Of a stretch of 64,000 nucleotides of DNA, positions 9,324 through 19,114 are shown piece by piece. The translations under genes and the position numbers were made by a program. The notes beneath the pieces are model-generated. The model was not told the DNA's origin. It saw only the letters and a program-made list of their open reading frames with translations, and did no database searches. Each line of letters opens with the position of its first letter. Positions within the stretch are counted from its first letter, which is position 1. The stretch comes from Gammaproteobacteria bacterium. GTDB taxonomy: Bacteria > Pseudomonadota > Gammaproteobacteria > SZUA-140. The DNA lies in contig JAVEZY010000006.1 in the NCBI GenBank assembly GCA_034002745.1, positions 12,667 to 76,666 of the forward strand, read 5' to 3'.

Positions 9324-9539
9324 TTACCTTTGTTCAGACTCTTCCCGCGCGCGGCGGCGGGCATGTTCACGGCGCCCCATGAATACGCCGATCATCACCG
9401 GCAGGACGACCACCGCCACGATGGCGATGCTCACCAGGAAGGTGCCGGAGGCATCATCGAAGCGCGCCATGAAGATGATGAACAGGATGATCGCCGCGGT
9501 CGCGGCGGAGTAGCCTGCAAAACGAATGAGTTCTTTCAT
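9324..9539 (-). CDS. Small two-TM hypothetical membrane protein
   Basis: 71 aa with two hydrophobic helices and a charged tail. Co-oriented between sthA and the propeller gene. Confidence 0.65.
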   Translation of the reverse strand: MKELIRFAGYSAATAAIILFIIFMARFDDASGTFLVSIAIVAVVVLPVMIGVFMGRREHARRRAREESEQR

Positions 9540-9576
9540 GTCTGTTACCGGCCGCGTAGCAAGCGGTCATTGTACA

Positions 9577-10941
9577 TCAGGAAACCCGGTTGAGCCCGTT
9601 GAGCGCCGCCACCCGGTAGGCCTCGGCCATGGTCGGATAGTTGAAGGTGGTGTCCACGAAATACCTGAGGGTATTGCCGGCGCCGGGCTGCGACATCACC
9701 ACCTGCCCGATATGGATGATCTCCGCGGCCTGGTCGCCGAAGCAATGGATGCCGAGGATCTCCAGTGTCTCGCGATGAAACAGGATCTTCAGCATGCCGG
9801 TCGTTTGACCCGAGATCTGCGCCCGCGCCAGATGGCGGAACAGGGAATGCCCCACCTCGTAGGGAACGCATTCCGCCGTCAGTTCGCGCTCGGTCCGTCC
9901 GATCGAACTGATCTCGGGCAGGGTATAGATTCCCGTGGGCACGCTTCTGAGCAAGCCGCCGGCATCGCCGCCCTGCAACAGGTGGGTGGCGGCGTAGCGT
10001 CCCTGATCGTAGGCGGCGCTCGCCAGATTGGGAGAACCTGTGATATCCCCGACGGCGTAGATGTGCGCGCGGGAGGAACGGTAACAGGAATCCACCCGCA
10101 CCAGCCCCCGCGCATCGGTTTCGACGCCGATGGCAGTCAGCCCCAGATCATCCGTATTCCCGGCCCGCCCCTGCGCCCACAGCAGGTAGTCGGCCCGGAT
10201 CAGTTTCTGCGACTTGAGATGCAGCGTGACACACTGATCGTCGGCCTCCGCGCGTTCGTACTCCTCATCGTGGCGGATCAGAATCCCCTGTTCGCGAAAA
10301 TGGTAGGACAGCGCATCCACTATCTCGTCGTCGAGGAAGGAAAGCAGCTGCGGGCGGGTATTGATCAGGTTCACCTTGATGCCGAGGTTGCGGAAGATCG
10401 ACGCATACTCGCAGCCGACCACGCCGGCGCCGTAGATGGTGATGGAACGCGGACTGTCGGTCAGCCCCAGCACGGTGTCGCTGTCGAGAATCCGCGGATG
10501 GAAAAAATCGATGTCCGGCGGATGAAACGGGCGCGAGCCGGGCGCGATCACGAAATTGTCGGCATGGTAGCGCCGCAGCTGGCCGCTGCCCGAGACCTCG
10601 ACGATGTGGTCGTCGACAAAGCGGGCATGCCCGGTGATGACATCGACGCGGTTGCGGTGATAGAAGCCGGTACGCATGTTCACCTGACGATCGATCACCG
10701 CGCGAGCGCTCCGCAGCAATTCGTCGAAGCGGGCGAGATCCTGACGCCCGGTCTGCACGAGTTGCTGTACCGCCTGGCGCAGCGCCTTGCTCGGAATAGT
10801 GGAGGTATGGGTGCAGTTGCCGCCGACCCGCGGCTTCTCCTCGATCACGGCGACCCGCCGGCCCCCCTTGGCCGCCTTCATCGCCGCGCCCTCACCGCCC
10901 GGCCCGCTGCCGATCACGATGACTTCGTATTTCTCGAGCAT
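9577..10941 (-). CDS. sthA: Soluble pyridine nucleotide transhydrogenase
   Basis: [14 protein letters not shown] motif, [31 protein letters not shown]-terminal [20 protein letters not shown]. Confidence 0.95.
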   Translation of the reverse strand: MLEKYEVIVIGSGPGGEGAAMKAAKGGRRVAVIEEKPRVGGNCTHTSTIPSKALRQAVQQLVQTGRQDLARFDELLRSARAVIDRQVNMRTGFYHRNRVDVITGHARFVDDHIVEVSGSGQLRRYHADNFVIAPGSRPFHPPDIDFFHPRILDSDTVLGLTDSPRSITIYGAGVVGCEYASIFRNLGIKVNLINTRPQLLSFLDDEIVDALSYHFREQGILIRHDEEYERAEADDQCVTLHLKSQKLIRADYLLWAQGRAGNTDDLGLTAIGVETDARGLVRVDSCYRSSRAHIYAVGDITGSPNLASAAYDQGRYAATHLLQGGDAGGLLRSVPTGIYTLPEISSIGRTERELTAECVPYEVGHSLFRHLARAQISGQTTGMLKILFHRETLEILGIHCFGDQAAEIIHIGQVVMSQPGAGNTLRYFVDTTFNYPTMAEAYRVAALNGLNRVS

Positions 10942-11038
10942 GCCCCAATCCTAACCGCCCAGCCCGCTCCGGCGCAAAGAGTGTCTCCCGCGGAGCCGGT
11001 CCTCATCGGGCCCGGATCCATTCTGGTAAAGTGGTGCG

Positions 11039-12202
11039 ATGAGCGAGATACGACACAAACGTTTACTGCGGCTGCTTGCGCAACCGACGGCGCCATTTCG
11101 CGAGACGCACGTCACGGCGCATATCGCCGCGACATTCGAACGACGCGGCGTACCTTTCTTCGAGGACCCCGCCGGCAACCTGGTGGTCGGCGCGGGTTCA
11201 GCCGCCGCGTACCGTCGCCTGCTGCGCGCACGCGACGGAGAGCCGCTGCGCCTGTTCATCGCCCACATGGATCATCCCGGCTTCCACGGGGCACGCTGGC
11301 TCGCGCCCAATCGCCTGGCCGTGCGCTGGCACGGCGGCTCACCGGTGCGTCATCTGGCGGGTACGCGCATGCGACTGGTGACCGATGAAGGTATCGTCGG
11401 CAACGGCAGACTGCAGCGACCCCGCATACGCGAAGGCGGCTGGGCGATCGATACCGCCGAGATCAGACTGGACGTACCGCTCGATCCGCAGCCGCGGGCC
11501 ACGAGCATCTACGGCGGCTTCGACTTTCGCGCTCCCGTATGGGAGTCCCGCGGGCGCATCTACTGTCCAGCGGCGGACGACCTGATCGGCGTCCACGCCA
11601 TCGTCGAAACCGCGCTGACCCTGTGGCGGGGCGGCAGGGACTCCGCCGCTCCATTCCTCGGCCTGCTCACCCGCGCCGAGGAAGTCGGTTTCGTCGGCGC
11701 CGTGGCTCATCTGGAACTGGGATGGCTGCAGCAACGCCGGCGCTCCGTGCTGGCGATCAGCCTGGAAGCATCCCGGGGCCTGCCGGGAGCTGAAATCGGC
11801 AAGGGTCCGGTGGTCCGCCTCGGCGACCGGCGCACGGTGTTCGATCCCTCCATGCTCGAGGCATTGAGCCAGATCGCGCGGCGCAGCCTTCCGCAACGGC
11901 ATCAGCGCAGGGTGATGGATGGCGGCTCGTGCGAGGCGACCGCGATGACGGCCTGGGGCGTACCGGCGGCGGGCATTTCGGTGCCGCTCGGCAACTATCA
12001 CAATCAGGGGCTGGATGGCGGAGACGATTTCAGGGCATCCGGGGGGCCGGCGCCGGAGTTCGTCAGTCGCCACGATGTGGAAGCGCTGGTGAAACTGTGT
12101 GCGGCACTCGCGCGCCCCGGACCGTCGTGGTCCGAGCCGTGGGCCGAGCAGCGTGCCAGGCTGCGCAAGAACCTGGTCAGATCGGGAAAGCTGTTGTCCT
12201 GA
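11039..12202 (+). CDS. M20/M28/M42-clan zinc metallopeptidase-like hydrolase
   Basis: Metal-ligand pattern AHMDHPGF, AADDLIG, RAEEVG, SLEAS, GNYHN. Confidence 0.75.
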   Translation: MSEIRHKRLLRLLAQPTAPFRETHVTAHIAATFERRGVPFFEDPAGNLVVGAGSAAAYRRLLRARDGEPLRLFIAHMDHPGFHGARWLAPNRLAVRWHGGSPVRHLAGTRMRLVTDEGIVGNGRLQRPRIREGGWAIDTAEIRLDVPLDPQPRATSIYGGFDFRAPVWESRGRIYCPAADDLIGVHAIVETALTLWRGGRDSAAPFLGLLTRAEEVGFVGAVAHLELGWLQQRRRSVLAISLEASRGLPGAEIGKGPVVRLGDRRTVFDPSMLEALSQIARRSLPQRHQRRVMDGGSCEATAMTAWGVPAAGISVPLGNYHNQGLDGGDDFRASGGPAPEFVSRHDVEALVKLCAALARPGPSWSEPWAEQRARLRKNLVRSGKLLS

Positions 12203-12274
12203 CAGGCTGGTGATGAAGATGCCCGCGCAGGCCGGCCGGCCGCTACGGCAGGCTCCCGCGCAGGCTCTTCGCCG

Positions 12275-12481
12275 CTACTGCGCGGGAATGACGTTGGTTG
12301 CCTGTATCCCCTTCGCCGTATCCTCGGTCTCGAAGGTCACGCTCTGACCTTCCATCAGCGTCTTGAACCCGTCGAGCCTGATGGCCGAATAATGGACGAA
12401 TACGTCCTTCCCCCCGTCATCCGGAGTAATGAAACCGTACCCCTTCGACTGATTGAACCACTTCACCTTGCCTGTCGACAT
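12275..12481 (-). CDS. Cold-shock protein (CspA family)
   Basis: [18 protein letters not shown] (RNP1) and VFVHYSAI (RNP2); 68 aa. Confidence 0.95.
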   Translation of the reverse strand: MSTGKVKWFNQSKGYGFITPDDGGKDVFVHYSAIRLDGFKTLMEGQSVTFETEDTAKGIQATNVIPAQ

Positions 12482-12763
12482 AGAACCACCCCTCACTTGA
12501 AAAACGTACGAGCGATGCCGGTACCGTCTTCCACATCCCAGTGGCTTCCACCCTCCAGATCGGCGCAAGCGAGCAGCGAACGCCGCGTTCCAGTCTAGCA
12601 GCGTCCGGAACACCCGCCAACAGGTTCGTCACACGCCGCCGGCGCCGGGTTTTTCTCCCTGCGGCACCCGGCCAACCCTGAGCGCAAGCGCCCCACGAGA
12701 CTCTCATCCGCGACCGGCGCGGACCACTGTTAGCATCGCTGAACGACCTGTATCATTCGCGCC

Positions 12764-13519
12764 ATGGCAAGCCCCCTGGCGATCGACATACTTCCCCAGC
12801 CCGACGAAACCACCTGCGGACCCACCTGTCTGCACGCGGTCTATCGCTATTTCCAGGATGAAATGCCGCTCGACCAGGTGATCGATGGCATCCAGCGCCT
12901 CCACCATGGCGGCACGCTGGCAGTGTTCCTCGCTGCGCATGCGCTGGAGCGCGGTTATCGGGCAACGATCTACACCTACAATCTGGAGATGTTCGATCCG
13001 ACGTGGTTCGACGCGGATGGCAGCGTACCGGATATCGTCGACAGACTGCAGCGACAGGTGGAAGCCAAGAATGCGACCGAGTTCGCCGTGGCAACCGAAG
13101 GCTATGCCCGCTTCGCCGCCGCGGGCGGACGCCTGCGCTTCGAAGACCTGACCACCGGACTCATCCGCCGCCATCTCAAGCGCGGCATTCCGCTGCTCAC
13201 CGGTCTGAGCGCAACCTATCTCTATCACTGCGCGCGCGAACACGGTCCGCACTGCGAATACGACGACATTCGAGGCTATCCCAGCGGCCACTTCGTCCTG
13301 CTCGCCGGCTACGATTCGGAGACCCGTTCGGTGCTGGTCATCGATCCGCTGCACTCGAATCCGATGGCGCCCGGACACCACTACGAGATCAGCATCGATC
13401 GCGTCATCGGCGCGATCCTGCTGGGCGTTCTCACCCACGATGCCAATCTGCTGGTGATCGAGCCGGCACGCACCAGGCACTCCGCACACAGCCATGTCGA
13501 TATTCATCGTCGTCAATAA
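12764..13519 (+). CDS. Peptidase C39-like (papain-fold) protein
   Basis: QPDETTCGPTCL (Gln and catalytic Cys) and GHFVLLAGYD (His, Asp), VIDP. Overlaps the downstream gene by 26 bp. Confidence 0.8.
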   Translation: MASPLAIDILPQPDETTCGPTCLHAVYRYFQDEMPLDQVIDGIQRLHHGGTLAVFLAAHALERGYRATIYTYNLEMFDPTWFDADGSVPDIVDRLQRQVEAKNATEFAVATEGYARFAAAGGRLRFEDLTTGLIRRHLKRGIPLLTGLSATYLYHCAREHGPHCEYDDIRGYPSGHFVLLAGYDSETRSVLVIDPLHSNPMAPGHHYEISIDRVIGAILLGVLTHDANLLVIEPARTRHSAHSHVDIHRRQ

Positions 13520-14963
13520 CCCCGAAGACTGGCCGCTCCAGATACACGGCGCCGAAGTGGTCGCCGCCAAAACCTATCTCTCCGACCCGCGGTTCATCGA
13601 TCTGCGTGGAGTGAAGGTCTTCAATCTGTCGCGCTCATACCGCTACCAGAGCCTGGGCTATTACGTGTCCCTGCTCGCCGAGGCGCGCGGGCACAAACCC
13701 CTGCCGAGCGTGAACACCATCCAGGACATGAAGTCGCAGACCATCACCCGCTTCGTGTCCGATGATCTGTTCGAACTGATCCAGAAGAACCTGGCACCGA
13801 TCCGGTCCGAGGAATTCGTCCTCAGCATCTACTTCGGACGCAATCTGGCGCGGCGCTACGATCGCCTTTCCCGCAGCCTGTTCAATCTGTTTCCGGCGCC
13901 GCTGTTGCGCGCCCGCTTCATCCGCACCCGATCCTGGCAATTGCAGAGCATCGGGCCGATCGCCGCCAGCGAAATTCCGGATGATCACCAGGCCTTCGTC
14001 ATCGAGGCGGCAAGCGAATATTTCGCCGGCAAGCGTTCGCGACGCCGTGAACCGCAGGCCGAACGCTACGATCTCGCCATTCTCCACAACCCCGAGGAAG
14101 CACAGCCGCCCTCGGACGCCGCCGCGCTGCGCCGCTTCGTCCGCGCGGGGCGCCAGCTCGGCTTCGCGGTCGAAATGATCACCCGGAACGACTATGGCCG
14201 TATCGCGGAGTTCGACGCGCTGCTCATCCGCGAGACCACCGGCGTCAACCATCACACTTACCGCTTCGCGCGCCGTGCCAAGGCCGAAGGCCTGGTGGTG
14301 ATCGATGATCCCGGATCGATCCTGAGGTGCACCAACAAGGTCTACCTCGCCGAACTGATGCAGCGGCACCGCATCCCGGCACCGCGCACCACCATCGTGA
14401 ACCGCGGTAACATGAGCGCGATGGCGGCCGGCTTCGCCCTGCCCTGTATTCTCAAGCAGCCCGACAGCGCCTTCTCGCAGGGCGTGATCAAAGTCGAGAC
14501 CCGCGCCGAGTTCCTGGCCCAGGCCGCGCGACTACTGGAAAAATCGGAACTGATCATTGCCCAGGAATTCATGCCCACCGCCTTCGACTGGCGCATCGGC
14601 ATCTTCGATCGCAAGGCGATCTTCGCCTGCAGGTACTACATGGTGGGTGGTCACTGGCAGATCATGCAGCATGGCCCCGAGGGTCGCCCGCGCGAGGGCC
14701 GTGCCGAAACCGTGCCGCTGGCGCAGGTTCCGGCGCACGTCGTATCGACCGCACTCAAGGCGGCGAACCTCATCGGCAAGGGTCTTTACGGCGTAGACAT
14801 CAAGGAGATCGATGGCCGCGTCTACGTGATGGAAGTGAACGACAACCCCAACATCGATCATGGCATCGAGGACGCCGAGGGCGGAAACGAACTCTACATG
14901 ACGATCATGCGCGGCATGCTGGCCCGCGTCGAGGAGCGAAAGGGTGAAAGACGGCCACGCTGA
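13494..14963 (+). CDS. RimK-family ATP-grasp ligase with N-terminal RLAN domain
   Basis: The N-terminus NLSRSYRYQSLGYYVSLLAEARGH is RLAN-like. ATP-grasp motifs NKVYL, ILKQPDSAFSQGV, QEFMP, YGVDIK, EVNDNP. Confidence 0.9.
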   Translation: MSIFIVVNNPEDWPLQIHGAEVVAAKTYLSDPRFIDLRGVKVFNLSRSYRYQSLGYYVSLLAEARGHKPLPSVNTIQDMKSQTITRFVSDDLFELIQKNLAPIRSEEFVLSIYFGRNLARRYDRLSRSLFNLFPAPLLRARFIRTRSWQLQSIGPIAASEIPDDHQAFVIEAASEYFAGKRSRRREPQAERYDLAILHNPEEAQPPSDAAALRRFVRAGRQLGFAVEMITRNDYGRIAEFDALLIRETTGVNHHTYRFARRAKAEGLVVIDDPGSILRCTNKVYLAELMQRHRIPAPRTTIVNRGNMSAMAAGFALPCILKQPDSAFSQGVIKVETRAEFLAQAARLLEKSELIIAQEFMPTAFDWRIGIFDRKAIFACRYYMVGGHWQIMQHGPEGRPREGRAETVPLAQVPAHVVSTALKAANLIGKGLYGVDIKEIDGRVYVMEVNDNPNIDHGIEDAEGGNELYMTIMRGMLARVEERKGERRPR

Positions 14964-16215
14964 ACCGGCCGGTCTCGGCCTGTTCGAGGCCTACGGAATC
15001 GAGATCGAGTACATGATCGTCGATGCCGGAACACTCGACGTCCTTCCCGTCACCGACCGGGTGATGCACGCCATGGCCGGCGACTATGTCGACGAGGTCG
15101 AGGCCGGCGCACTGAGCTGGTCGAACGAGCTGGCACTGCATGTCATCGAGCTGAAGACCAACGGCCCGGCGCCGGTGCTCGATGGTCTCCACAGTGCCTT
15201 CCAGGCAGACGTCGCGCGCATCAACGCGCTGCTGCGTGATTCCGGTGGTCGGCTGATGCCGACGGCAATGCATCCCTGGATGGACCCGGCGCGCGAAACC
15301 CGGCTCTGGCCCCATGCGCACAGCCCGGTCTACGAAGCCTTCGACCGCATTTTCGACTGCCGTGGACATGGCTGGTCCAATCTGCAGAGCATGCACATCA
15401 ACCTTCCCTTCCGCGGCGACGGCGAGTTCGGCCGCCTGCATGCGGCGATCCGTGCGGTACTGCCGCTGCTGCCGGCGCTCGCCGCCAGTTCGCCACTGAT
15501 GGAAGGCCGGCTCACCGGGACGCTCGACAGTCGCCTCGAAGTCTATCGGGACAACGCGCGCCGCATTCCCTGGGTCACCGGCATGGTGGTGCCGGAGCCG
15601 GTGTATACACGTGCGGACTATGAGAATGAGTTGCTCGGCCGCATCTATCGGGATCTGGCGCCGCACGACCCCGGCGGCCTGCTGCGCCACGAATGGGTGA
15701 ACGCGCGCGGCGCGATCGCCCGCTTCGATCGCGATGCCATCGAGATCCGGGTGCTCGACACCCAGGAATGTCCGGCATCGGACCTCGCGCTCGCGCGCCT
15801 GATCGTCGCGGTGGTGCGCGCCCTGACGGATGAAGCCTGGTATGGCATGCGTCAGTTGCGGGAACTCGACACCGCAGCGCTGCTCCATTCCTTCGAGCTT
15901 TGCGTGCGCGAAGCCGAGGATGCGGTGATAGCGGATCGTCTGCTGCCGCGGGTCTTCGGCTTTCCCGAGCGCGGCCGCTGCCGTGCCCGCGACCTGTGGC
16001 AGCATCTGCAGGAAACCCTGCTGCCCACTCCCGCGCCGGACGATGCCGCGATCTACCGGCTCTACCTGCGCCAGGGCACGCTGGCGCGGCGCATCACCCG
16101 CGCGCTCGCACAGGAAGGCGATGCGCGGGCGGAAGCACCGGACCGGGAAGCGCTGCACCGGATCTACGAGCGCCTGTGCCGCTGCCTCGAGCGCGGCGAG
16201 TCGTTCGTCGCCTGA
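14944..16215 (+). CDS. Glutamate-cysteine ligase family 2 (GCS2; carboxylate-amine ligase)
   Basis: GIEIEY, NELALHVIELKT, MHPWMDP, SMHIN, LAASSP, ARFDRDAIEIRVLD. Overlaps the upstream gene by 20 bp. Confidence 0.88.
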   Translation: MKDGHAEPAGLGLFEAYGIEIEYMIVDAGTLDVLPVTDRVMHAMAGDYVDEVEAGALSWSNELALHVIELKTNGPAPVLDGLHSAFQADVARINALLRDSGGRLMPTAMHPWMDPARETRLWPHAHSPVYEAFDRIFDCRGHGWSNLQSMHINLPFRGDGEFGRLHAAIRAVLPLLPALAASSPLMEGRLTGTLDSRLEVYRDNARRIPWVTGMVVPEPVYTRADYENELLGRIYRDLAPHDPGGLLRHEWVNARGAIARFDRDAIEIRVLDTQECPASDLALARLIVAVVRALTDEAWYGMRQLRELDTAALLHSFELCVREAEDAVIADRLLPRVFGFPERGRCRARDLWQHLQETLLPTPAPDDAAIYRLYLRQGTLARRITRALAQEGDARAEAPDREALHRIYERLCRCLERGESFVA

Positions 16216-16232
16216 GGAGGGCTATCCGGGAC

Positions 16233-16949
16233 ATGAAGCTGCTGCTCAGCTGCGAGCATGGCGGCAACCGGATTCCGGCGCGTTATCGCGAACTGTTCGC
16301 CGGCCATGAGGATCAGCTCGCCAGTCACCGCGGCTGGGATCCCGGCTCGCTCGAATGGGCGCGCGCGCTCGCGCGCCTGACCGAAGCGCCGCTGATCGAT
16401 GCACGCACCTCGCGCCTGCTGGTCGACCTGAACCGTTCCCGCCACCACGCGGCCCTGTTCTCTCCGCCGGTCCGGAGTCTTGCGCCGGCGGAACGCGCGC
16501 GCATCCTCGAGCGCTATTACCTTCCTCACCGCGACAGGATCGAAGACTGGATCGCGCAGCGCGTCCGCCGCGGCGACACCGTCCTGCACGTGGCCGTGCA
16601 CAGCTTCACCCCCGTATTCGAAGGCACCGAGCGCAATACCGATCTGGGCCTGCTCTACGATCCCGCAAGAGCATTCGAGCGTCGCCTGTGCGTTGCCTGG
16701 CAGACGGCGATCCGCGCGCATGACGCGGCGTTGCGGGTGCGCCGCAACTATCCCTATCGGGGCAATGCGGATGGTCTCACCACTCACCTGCGCGGCTGTT
16801 TCTCCGCGGAGTCGTACCTGGGCATCGAACTGGAGATCAGCCAGGGGCTTTTGACCCGGCCACCGGCCATGCTCGCCCGCACGATTGCCATCGCGTTGCG
16901 CTCCGTCACCGAAGTGGCGACCCGATCACGGAAACCCCGGGGACGCTGA
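16233..16949 (+). CDS. N-formylglutamate amidohydrolase-family protein
   Basis: LLSCEHGGN, SHRGWDPG, SRLLVDLNR, YYLPHR, VHSFTP, IELEISQ. Confidence 0.88.
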   Translation: MKLLLSCEHGGNRIPARYRELFAGHEDQLASHRGWDPGSLEWARALARLTEAPLIDARTSRLLVDLNRSRHHAALFSPPVRSLAPAERARILERYYLPHRDRIEDWIAQRVRRGDTVLHVAVHSFTPVFEGTERNTDLGLLYDPARAFERRLCVAWQTAIRAHDAALRVRRNYPYRGNADGLTTHLRGCFSAESYLGIELEISQGLLTRPPAMLARTIAIALRSVTEVATRSRKPRGR

Positions 16950-16988
16950 CGATAATAGGCACATCGGTAGTAGAGACCAGGAGGTCCG

Positions 16989-17819
16989 ATGTCGCAGCCC
17001 AGCACACACCCCGCGCCGGCCGGAACCGGCGAAGGGAATTTCGATACCGAATCGCCGTCACGCGCCACTGAACCGGAGGAACTCGCCGAACTGTTCCAGG
17101 TCAGTCATCCTCGCCTGCAGTCCGCGCACTACACTCTGTTCAATGGCCACTATATTTCGGTGCATCGCAAACGCCCGTTCCGGCGCGCACAGCGCTATTG
17201 GCTGAATCTGACCTATCTGGATCCCACGCCGCACCTGGTTACCATCGCCGACCGGCGCTGGCTGTACCTGGCCATCGGACTGGGGATGGCAACCGGCATG
17301 CTGCTCACCGCAAGCGCCTGGTCACCGACACCATGGCATCAGCAGGCGTGGATGCCCGGAACGATTCTGCTGCTGAATGGTGCGCTGCTGTCGCTGCTCA
17401 TCTTCTTTCAGCGCTCGCAGAACCTGGTCCGCTTCCACAGCCGCCACGGCGACGCGGTGCTGCTGGAACTGGCGAACAACTCACCGTCGCGCGCCGAATT
17501 CCGCGACTTCATGCGCACGCTGCTGCACCGCATCCAGACTGCGCACCGGGACCATCCGCATCGCAGCCAGCGCCGCCTCGGCGCCGAACTGGTCGAACAT
17601 CGCCGCCTGTTCGAGGCCGGCCTGATCGACCGGGACTCCTATGATCGCGCGCGAGAAAAGATCCTGCGCAAGCATCGCCAGGCCCATGTCACTCCCGGCG
17701 CGAAGAAGAACCAGGCCACGCCCGGAAAAGCCGAAGTCGTCGGCATCACGGTGGCCGAGATCTCACGGCCCGCGGCAGAGCGTATCGAACTGTTCGAACA
17801 GCGGCGCTCGGTGGGATGA
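16989..17819 (+). CDS. Hypothetical two-TM membrane protein with SHOCT-like C-terminal motif
   Basis: Two hydrophobic helices. ELVEHRRLFEAGLIDRDSYDRAREKIL resembles SHOCT. GGAGG RBS upstream. Confidence 0.65.
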   Translation: MSQPSTHPAPAGTGEGNFDTESPSRATEPEELAELFQVSHPRLQSAHYTLFNGHYISVHRKRPFRRAQRYWLNLTYLDPTPHLVTIADRRWLYLAIGLGMATGMLLTASAWSPTPWHQQAWMPGTILLLNGALLSLLIFFQRSQNLVRFHSRHGDAVLLELANNSPSRAEFRDFMRTLLHRIQTAHRDHPHRSQRRLGAELVEHRRLFEAGLIDRDSYDRAREKILRKHRQAHVTPGAKKNQATPGKAEVVGITVAEISRPAAERIELFEQRRSVG

Positions 17820-17847
17820 GGAAAGGAGCAATACCAGAAGAACCCAT

Positions 17848-17969
17848 GGGGTCAGACCCCAACCGCCGCACCTGCCCGTGTGGCTCCTCGCCGCGATATT
17901 GGCCGCCCCACTGCCGAACGCGGCATTCGCGGGGTCCGACCCCTTTCACCGTCGATGGGGTCTGACCCC
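17848..17969. repeat. Cluster of three REP-like palindromes (GGGGTCAGACCCC, GGGGTCCGACCCC, GGGGTCTGACCCC)
   Basis: At 17848-17860, 17931-17943 and 17957-17969, between convergent genes. Confidence 0.8.
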
Positions 17970-17971
17970 TT

Positions 17972-19114
17972 TCATCCCACCAGGGCCTTCTCGTGCATAT
18001 GCAAGAACCAGCGATCGAGAACGATCCGGCGCGAGAACCACCGGTTGCCGAGGAGCCATTCGCCGAGTCCCTGCCTGAGCGGCGGAGGCAGCGATAGCCC
18101 GGTGAAACGGCGCGGCGCCGCGCGCGCGCCGAAACGCCGCTCGATCGCGGCGGCGTAGGGTTCAAGGTCGCGCAGGCCGTAGCGTCCGTCCCTGATGCCG
18201 AGCACGGTCGTCGCCGCCAGGATTCCAGATTCGATCGCGGGACGGATTCCCTCGCCGCTCTGCGGATAGGCGAGTCCGGCGGCATCGCCGATCAGCATGA
18301 CGCCATCATCCACCAGGCGCCGTCGGGCGCTGGAATACAGTAGATAGGCGTGCCCATGGAATTCCTCCGGCACGCTCTCGGGTATGCGCCCATCGGCAAT
18401 CAGGCGGGCGCGAAAAGCCGCCACGTGACGGGAAAGCTGGTGACCGCCCTCGCGTCCCAGCCCGACGTTGAGCCAGTCCCCCTTGCGGAAACACCAGCCA
18501 TATCCCTTCATGTCGGCGCAGAAGTAGAGTTCGGGTGTCTCGGGCCTGACGGCACAGGCACGCCGCTCCCCTTCGCTCAGGCGGACCTCTATCTCCTGGG
18601 CGGTGACCGCCAGTTCGCTGCGCCCCGGACGGGCGCCCAGGTGTCGCGCAACCGGGCAGAAGTGTCCACCGGCGCCGATCAGCAGCTTCGCTTCGAGTGC
18701 GCCGTTGACGATCCAGCGACCCGGGCGGCGTTCCAGCGATTCAAGAGAGGTCCCGAGCGCCAGTCGCGCGCCGGAGCGCATCAGCAGATAGTGGTCGAAC
18801 TCGCAGCGGCGAATGCCGTAGCTCACCACCCTGCCGTAGTCGACGACCCGGGAACGCTTGCCTTCCATGCCGGTGACGAAGCCGGTGATCGGCTGAAAGA
18901 CGCGATCGCGCCGGTAATCCTCCGTATCCAGCCTCAGAGTCTGGACCACCGCAGGCGTGATCCAGCCGGCGCACACCTTGTCGCGCGGAAAGGGCCGACG
19001 GTCCATCACCATCACGTCCAGTCCCGCGGCACGCAGGCGGGCAGCGCAGCTCGAGCCGGCCGGGCCGCCACCGACGATCAGCACGTCGCAGTTGCCGGAG
19101 ATCGCTTCAGTCAC
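17972..19114 (-). CDS. Geranylgeranyl-reductase-family FAD-dependent oxidoreductase
   Basis: IVGGGPAGSSCA, FPRDKVCAGWI, IRRCEFD, GYGWCFRK, IGDAAG…GEGIRPA. Overlaps the upstream gene by 8 bp. Confidence 0.88.
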   Translation of the reverse strand: MTEAISGNCDVLIVGGGPAGSSCAARLRAAGLDVMVMDRRPFPRDKVCAGWITPAVVQTLRLDTEDYRRDRVFQPITGFVTGMEGKRSRVVDYGRVVSYGIRRCEFDHYLLMRSGARLALGTSLESLERRPGRWIVNGALEAKLLIGAGGHFCPVARHLGARPGRSELAVTAQEIEVRLSEGERRACAVRPETPELYFCADMKGYGWCFRKGDWLNVGLGREGGHQLSRHVAAFRARLIADGRIPESVPEEFHGHAYLLYSSARRRLVDDGVMLIGDAAGLAYPQSGEGIRPAIESGILAATTVLGIRDGRYGLRDLEPYAAAIERRFGARAAPRRFTGLSLPPPLRQGLGEWLLGNRWFSRRIVLDRWFLHMHEKALVG

